DNA of 62,843 nt from a virus. Lineage: Duplodnaviria; Caudoviricetes. The notes under the pieces are model-generated. The model was not told the DNA's origin. It saw only the letters and a list, made by a program, of their open reading frames with translations, and searched no databases. The stretch is taken from IMG/VR virus record IMGVR_UViG_3300010362_000001, positions 1-62,843 of that record; one strand, written 5' to 3'. This document shows, piece after piece, positions 57,471 through 62,843 of this stretch (position 1 is the first letter of the stretch; every line of letters begins with the position of its first letter). Position numbers and translations under genes: made by a program.

Positions 57471-59765
57471 ATGCCGATGAAGCCGGGCAAGGATGAATCG
57501 CAATCCGAGTTCATGCATCGCTGCGTCCCCGAGATGATGGGCGACGGCAAGCGCGAGCAGGAGCAGGCCGTTGCCATCTGTCTGCAGATCTGGCGCGACA
57601 AGGACAAGAAGTCGATCGACCCGGCGGACTACGACGACCGCGACGAATTCATGTCCGACTGCGTCGCCGAGACCGATGACGAGGATGCATGTCAGATCGC
57701 CTGGGAAGAGCGCGCCGCGCGCGGGCCCATGCGCAAGAGCGGCGGCAAGAATGTCCTGTTCAAGACTCACGCCGAGACCGTCAACGGCATGGAATTCATC
57801 CTGTCGGACGAAACGCCCGATCGCATGGGCGACATCATTGCGTCGGACGGATGGGAATTGACCAATTTCAAACGCAACCCCGTCGCATTATTTAACCACA
57901 ATCCCTCGTTCATCGTAGGTCGCTGGCATAATCTGCGGATCGATCGCGGCGCCTTGCGCGGCCATCTCGAACTGGCGCCGGAGGGAACGTCGGCGCGCAT
58001 CGACGAGATCCGCAAGCTGGTCGACGCCGGCATCCTCAAGGCCGTGTCGGTCGGCTTCGTGCCGCTGCAATCCGGTCCGCGCAGCAAGAGCGGCACCGAA
58101 GAGAAGGCAACGTTCGGCATTGTTGGCGAGCATTACAGCAAAGTCGAACTGGTCGAGACATCGCTTGTCGCCGTGCCCGCCAATCCGGCGGCGCTTGCGG
58201 TCGCCAAGTCGTTGGACGTTTCCCCAAGCACGCTGCAGATGGTGTTCGCCGAGTCCGGCAAGAAGGACACACGTCTCAAGCGCAAGGGGTTCACTGGCGA
58301 GTCCGCCGAGACATCTCGCAAAGGAAAGGGCGAAGCCATGTCGCTCGCTCAACGCATTACCGATCTTGAGGCGCGGATAACCGCGTCACGGGACAAACTG
58401 ACGGAACACCTCAAGACCGTTGACGATACCAACGTCAGCGATTCGCAGATGCAAACGACGCACGATCTCAATGAACTGATCGCGCGTGATGTGAAGCTGC
58501 GCGACTCGTATGTCGAGTCGGAAAAGAGCCTCGCCAAGTCGAGCGAAGGCAACGGTGGCGGCGGCGGCACTGGTGTTGTCGCGCGCTCGCAGAATGGCGG
58601 CGGCGAGCGCAGCGACGAGCTTCGCATGCCGTTCGGCATCCCGAAGACCAAGGATGGTCGCATCGAGATCCTGGCGCGGTCGGGCTGCATCCAACTGCTC
58701 AGCCATATGCGCAAGGTCTCGATCGACGCGGCCGCCGGCATGATGGTGAAGGCCGGCTATCGTTCTTATGGTGATGAGGCGACCCGCATGCTGGCGGACT
58801 GGAGTCAACGTGCGGCCAGCGCGCCGGCGATGACCACGGTCACCGGTTGGGCGGCGGAATTGGTCCAGCAGATCAATTCCGACGTGATGGAAACGCTGAT
58901 GCCGAAGTCAGTGTATCCGCGGCTGTCGAATCTGGGCCTGTCGCTCAGTTTCGGCCGTTCAGGACGCATCGCCATTCCGACGCGTTCGCGAACGCCGACG
59001 ATCGCCGGATCGTTCGTCGGCGAAGGCGCGCCGATTCCAGTTCGTCAGGGTGCGTTCACGGCGCAGATTCTGACGCCAAAGAAGATGGCCGTGATTTCGA
59101 CCTGGACAAGGGAGATGGACGAACACTCCATCCCCGCGATCGAGCCGCTGATACGGCAAGCGATCCAGGAGGATACCGCGGTCTCGCTCGACTCGGTCCT
59201 GATCGATACCAACGCGGCGACGGCGATACGGCCGCCCGGGCTGCTCAACGGCGTGACGGGCTTGACGCCGACGGCGGGCGGCGGCTTCAATGCGCTGGTC
59301 GCCGACTTGAAAGCGCTCACCGGAGCGGTGCTTGCGAACACTGCCGGATTCGTGCGTGCGCCATGCTTTCTGATGAATCCTCAGCAAGTCTTGTCCATCA
59401 GCCTGACGACAACAACGGCGGGCACGTTCCCGTTCAAGGAAGAAGTCGGGAACGGGCAACTGCTGACCTATCCGATCATCGACTCCGGCACAATTCCGCT
59501 CGGAACTGTGATCTTCGTCGATGCCGCGGACTTCGTCAGCGTCGGCGGCGAGGCGCCACGGTTCGAGGTGTCCGATCAGGCGACCTTGCATATGGAAGAT
59601 ACGACTCCGCTGGCCATTGGCACCGTCGGCACGCCGGCTGTCGTCGCGGCGCCGACGCGTTCGCTGTTTCAGACTGACAGCATCGCCCTTCGCCTGATTC
59701 TTCCCATGAACTGGGCGTTGCGGCGCACCGGCATCGTGTCGTTTGTCGCCGGCGTCACTTGGTAA
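57471..59765 (+). CDS. Prohead protease-scaffold-major capsid fusion (HK97 fold)
   Basis: GGAG RBS; DRMGD, NPVALFNH, AVSVGF, ETSLV.VPANP; FVGEG.PIP, P.GLLNG, SLFQTDSIALR. Confidence 0.92.
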   Translation: MPMKPGKDESQSEFMHRCVPEMMGDGKREQEQAVAICLQIWRDKDKKSIDPADYDDRDEFMSDCVAETDDEDACQIAWEERAARGPMRKSGGKNVLFKTHAETVNGMEFILSDETPDRMGDIIASDGWELTNFKRNPVALFNHNPSFIVGRWHNLRIDRGALRGHLELAPEGTSARIDEIRKLVDAGILKAVSVGFVPLQSGPRSKSGTEEKATFGIVGEHYSKVELVETSLVAVPANPAALAVAKSLDVSPSTLQMVFAESGKKDTRLKRKGFTGESAETSRKGKGEAMSLAQRITDLEARITASRDKLTEHLKTVDDTNVSDSQMQTTHDLNELIARDVKLRDSYVESEKSLAKSSEGNGGGGGTGVVARSQNGGGERSDELRMPFGIPKTKDGRIEILARSGCIQLLSHMRKVSIDAAAGMMVKAGYRSYGDEATRMLADWSQRAASAPAMTTVTGWAAELVQQINSDVMETLMPKSVYPRLSNLGLSLSFGRSGRIAIPTRSRTPTIAGSFVGEGAPIPVRQGAFTAQILTPKKMAVISTWTREMDEHSIPAIEPLIRQAIQEDTAVSLDSVLIDTNAATAIRPPGLLNGVTGLTPTAGGGFNALVADLKALTGAVLANTAGFVRAPCFLMNPQQVLSISLTTTTAGTFPFKEEVGNGQLLTYPIIDSGTIPLGTVIFVDAADFVSVGGEAPRFEVSDQATLHMEDTTPLAIGTVGTPAVVAAPTRSLFQTDSIALRLILPMNWALRRTGIVSFVAGVTW

Positions 59766-59810
59766 TCTTCGGCGCGTCGGCGGCGGCATTAAACAGAGGA
59801 GACTGAAACG

Positions 59811-60074
59811 ATGGCAAATGCCAAGCGTGATGCGCGTCTGGCGGATCCGCCAGACGTGGTGATCAATCCGACGCCGACGCAGGAAGAAAACGACCTCGCC
59901 ATGATGGGCGCAACCGTCATGGAAAAAGAGTCCGACGGGTCCGAGCCCGTCGTAACGCCGCTGATGCTGGCAACGACGTTGCCAGCATTATCCACAACAG
60001 GAGATGAAGCGAATGTCAGCAGAGCCAAGCGAAGCGGTCCGTCAGACGCTCGAAAAGAATCGCGAGGCGAGTGA
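59811..60074 (+). CDS. Small protein with PTPTQEENDLA motif (copy 1)
   Basis: GAGGAG RBS; motif shared with the next gene. Confidence 0.6.
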   Translation: MANAKRDARLADPPDVVINPTPTQEENDLAMMGATVMEKESDGSEPVVTPLMLATTLPALSTTGDEANVSRAKRSGPSDARKESRGE

Positions 60075-60315
60075 GAAATCGCGCGCCGAAGCGGATGAGC
60101 GGACGAAGGGCAAACCGACGCCGACGCAGGAAGAAAACGATCTTGCGGCGCTCGGTCATCACGTTGCCGAACATGAAGACGACGGCAGCGGGCCCGAATT
60201 GGTCTTCGGACCGATGAAGCGCGACGTCGAGCCGGCGAAGAAGCCGGCCGGCGCCGGTTATCAGACGCGCGCCAGCGCGCCGATCCCGCAACGTACAACG
60301 CACAAAAGCGAATGA
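60013..60315 (+). CDS. Small protein with PTPTQEENDLA motif (copy 2)
   Basis: AGGAG RBS; ends Y.TR; ATGA-coupled to portal. Confidence 0.7.
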   Translation: MSAEPSEAVRQTLEKNREASEKSRAEADERTKGKPTPTQEENDLAALGHHVAEHEDDGSGPELVFGPMKRDVEPAKKPAGAGYQTRASAPIPQRTTHKSE

Positions 60316-61766
60316 GCGCGCGCGGACTGCTCGCCAGAATGCTGCGGCCCTTGGTGACGAAAGCCGCCGAGGGCCAATATCGTCCCGGGCCATATAATCT
60401 TCCGGTGACGGGCGGCTGGCTGTCGGCGCAAGCCGGCCAGTTTATAAATTGGTGGCAGCTTGGCTATGACGTTGAAGGCGGGTCGACGCAATCGGCCATG
60501 GTCGAGGCGTGCGTATCAGCCTATTCGCAAACCGTGGCCATGTGTCCGGGTGATCACTGGCGCTTGAATGCCAAGGGCGGCCGCGATCGCATCAAGAATA
60601 CGGCGCTGTATCGCATTTTGCGCTATCCCAACACGTATCAGTCCATTTCCGATTTCATGCTCAATCTGACGCGATCGCTGTACGCAAGCGGCAATGCCTA
60701 TGCGCTGGCGCTGCGCAATGATCGCTACGAAGTTGACGAACTTCACCTGATGCATCCGCGCGATAGTTGGCCGCAACTCGCCGCCAATGGCGATATCTTC
60801 TATCATCTCGGCGGCAACGACGTCATCGCGCGTCGCATTCCCGGGCAGCTTGTCGTTCCGCAACGCGATGTTTTGCATGTCCGCTTGCATACAGTGCGGC
60901 AGTATCCCTGGCCGCTGGTCGGCGAGAGTCCGCTGCTCGCGGCATTGGCGGATATCGCCGCCATGAAGGCGATGACCGATCAACAGATTCAGTTCTACAA
61001 CAACATGGCGCGACCGAGCGCGGTGCTGTCGACCGATCAGGTGCTCGACAAGGATCAGGTCCAATTTCTCCGGGATCGATGGGACGAGCAGGTGCGCGGC
61101 CTGGGGTCCGGCGGCACGCCGATTTTAACCGCGGGTTTGAAAGTGATGCCGTGGTCGATCGGCGGCCGCGACTCCGAGATCGCCGACGTAATGAAACTGA
61201 CCGAGCAGCACATCGCGCTGGCGTTTCGCATTCCGCTGCAGGTTCTTGGTCTCGGCGGACCATCCTATGGCTCGACCGAAGCGCTGATGCAGGCATGGAT
61301 TGCGACAGGCTTGGGCTTTGCGCTCAATCACATTGAGGAAGCGTTCGGCAATTTGTTTCAGTTGAAGGGCCAGCCGGACGAGTATGTTGAATTTGATACT
61401 GCGGCGCTGTTGCGCTCCGCGCTCAAGGATCGCATCGACGCATTGGCGCGCGGCGTGCAGGGCGGGATCTATTCGCCCAATGAGGCGCGCGAGCAGGAGG
61501 GACTCGACGCCGTCGCGCATGGCGACGAGCCGAGAGTTCAGCAGCAAGTTGTCCCATTAAGCGCGGCCGCCGCGATTCCCGCGGCGCCTGGACCGGGCGC
61601 GCCGCCTGCCGCTGGCGGCCAGCCGGCACCGAAGGAAAAACCAGAAGACGACGAGAAGCCGCCCTTGCCGCCGCCGCCGTCCGCGAAGGAAAAGGCCGAT
61701 GCCAGCAAACGGGAAGCACGTCGACTCCTCGCAGTCGCCAACCGAATATCACGAGGACTTCACTGA
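60312..61766 (+). CDS. Portal protein (HK97 family)
   Basis: V.ACVS, PN.YQ, GNAY, DVLH, G.SPL, IA.AF.IP, NEAR..EGL. Confidence 0.93.
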   Translation: MSARGLLARMLRPLVTKAAEGQYRPGPYNLPVTGGWLSAQAGQFINWWQLGYDVEGGSTQSAMVEACVSAYSQTVAMCPGDHWRLNAKGGRDRIKNTALYRILRYPNTYQSISDFMLNLTRSLYASGNAYALALRNDRYEVDELHLMHPRDSWPQLAANGDIFYHLGGNDVIARRIPGQLVVPQRDVLHVRLHTVRQYPWPLVGESPLLAALADIAAMKAMTDQQIQFYNNMARPSAVLSTDQVLDKDQVQFLRDRWDEQVRGLGSGGTPILTAGLKVMPWSIGGRDSEIADVMKLTEQHIALAFRIPLQVLGLGGPSYGSTEALMQAWIATGLGFALNHIEEAFGNLFQLKGQPDEYVEFDTAALLRSALKDRIDALARGVQGGIYSPNEAREQEGLDAVAHGDEPRVQQQVVPLSAAAAIPAAPGPGAPPAAGGQPAPKEKPEDDEKPPLPPPPSAKEKADASKREARRLLAVANRISRGLH

Positions 61767-62843
61767 CGCGTTTCGCGAAGCGCTGGGCGAGGTTCTCGCC
61801 TATGAGCGGCGCGAATGGCAACGCGAGCGCGCGCTGATCGAGGGACAGGCGCAATCGGTCATCGCCGATCTGCGCGTGCAGATTGCCGAACTGAAAAGCG
61901 AGCGCACCGAGATCTTGGCCAACATGCGCGCCGAGATCACGCGTCTGGTTGAGACCAAGCTGGCCGCGGTACGTGATGGCGAGCGCGGCGTGCGCGGCCC
62001 GCCCGGTGAACCTGGAGCGCCGGGCGCGCCCGGCGAACCCGGCGAGCGCGGTCCGGAAGGCGAACCCGGCGTCAGCGTCAAGGGCGACACGGGCGCGCCC
62101 GGCGAGCGCGGCCCGTGCGGCGAGCGTGGCCCGGCCGGACCGGCCGGCGAGCGCGGCGAGCGCGGCGTGCGTGGCTTTCCCGGTGAGCCCGGGGCCACGG
62201 GTGAGACTGGCGCATCTGGGTTGCCCGGACCCACGGGCACGCCAGGGCCGCAAGGCCCGGCGGGGCCCGCTGGTGCGGCCGGGGCGGCCGGCCCTGCCGG
62301 ACCTAGCGGGCCTACCGGGGAGCGCGGCCAGGAAGGGCCGGCGGGCGTTCCAGGGGCCAAGGGCGAGACGGGGGAACGGGGCATCACCGGGGCGCCCGGC
62401 AAGCTGCCGGCGGTCATCCCGTGGGGCCCGGACGGCGTCAATTACGAAGGCGCCGTGGTGACGCATGAAGGCGCCACATGGCAGGCAATCAAGGACACCG
62501 GGCAGGCGCCCGGCGGTACAGATTGGCTCTGCCTCGCAGTCGCTGGCCGCGACGGAGTGAGCCCGGTGCCACTCGGTACCTATCGCCCGACCGGCGTGGC
62601 CTACAAGGCGCTCAACATCGTGGCGCATAATGGCGGATCATTCATCGCCAAGCGCGACGATCCGGGCGCGTGTCCCGGCGACGGCTGGCAATCCTTGACC
62701 ATGCCGGGCAAGCGCGGGCTGCAGGGCGAGCAGGGCGCACGCGGCGAAAAGGGCGCGCAGGGCGAGCAAGGAATCGGCCTGATCGATTGCCGACTCGATC
62801 GTGCCAACTATGAACTTCGGTTCGTGCTCAGCGACGGCGAGCA
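61699..62843 (+). CDS. Collagen-like virion protein (~402 aa, continues at 124-187); missed by the ORF track
   Basis: Coiled coil, then >40 Gly-X-Y triplets (~61978-62400), two short W-containing beta modules, a second short collagen stretch. Confidence 0.88.
   Translation, partial: MPANGKHVDSSQSPTEYHEDFTDAFREALGEVLAYERREWQRERALIEGQAQSVIADLRVQIAELKSERTEILANMRAEITRLVETKLAAVRDGERGVRGPPGEPGAPGAPGEPGERGPEGEPGVSVKGDTGAPGERGPCGERGPAGPAGERGERGVRGFPGEPGATGETGASGLPGPTGTPGPQGPAGPAGAAGAAGPAGPSGPTGERGQEGPAGVPGAKGETGERGITGAPGKLPAVIPWGPDGVNYEGAVVTHEGATWQAIKDTGQAPGGTDWLCLAVAGRDGVSPVPLGTYRPTGVAYKALNIVAHNGGSFIAKRDDPGACPGDGWQSLTMPGKRGLQGEQGARGEKGAQGEQGIGLIDCRLDRANYELRFVLSDGE

Noticed and set aside
62721-62843. 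Biological direct terminal repeat
   Set aside because: Lies mid-gene and far from the terminase/cos-like region; best explained as assembler overlap of a circular contig

Overview
The window looks like the complete, circularly permuted genome (about 62,720 bp; bases 1-123 repeat at 62721-62843) of a high-GC temperate tailed phage. The host is probably an alphaproteobacterium (Hyphomicrobiales-like), inferred from a CTTGCA-N17-CTATAT promoter, a GapR/DUF2312-like gene and rhizobial-type small proteins. Head module (HK97-type): HNH, cos-like region, TerL, protease-scaffold-capsid fusion, portal, collagen-like protein. Tail module (Mu-like, contractile): sheath, tube, frameshifted chaperone, gpN/gpP/gp45/gp46/gp47/gp48 homologues, several fibres. 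It also carries a two-domain endolysin, a tyrosine integrase with an intact attP (3' half of tRNA-Val CAC), RecT and YqaJ-like recombination genes, DNA methyltransferases, a primase-helicase, and a NusG paralogue in the position where lambda has Q. Three things stand out. (1) A self-contained minus-strand operon (26.0-31.4 kb: MoxR AAA+, DUF3150-like, metallopeptidase-vWA, membrane and secreted OB-fold genes) has a strong promoter, a ~330-nt structured leader and the same two-hairpin + RBS element in front of five consecutive genes. A palindromic operator links it to a nearby Xre gene. (2) Two tandem paralogous tape-measure genes carry different cell-wall hydrolase domains. (3) A dead zincin, an HPR-motif GNAT and a small ORF sit directly before the capsid gene. 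All calls are by eye from motifs; no database searches were run.
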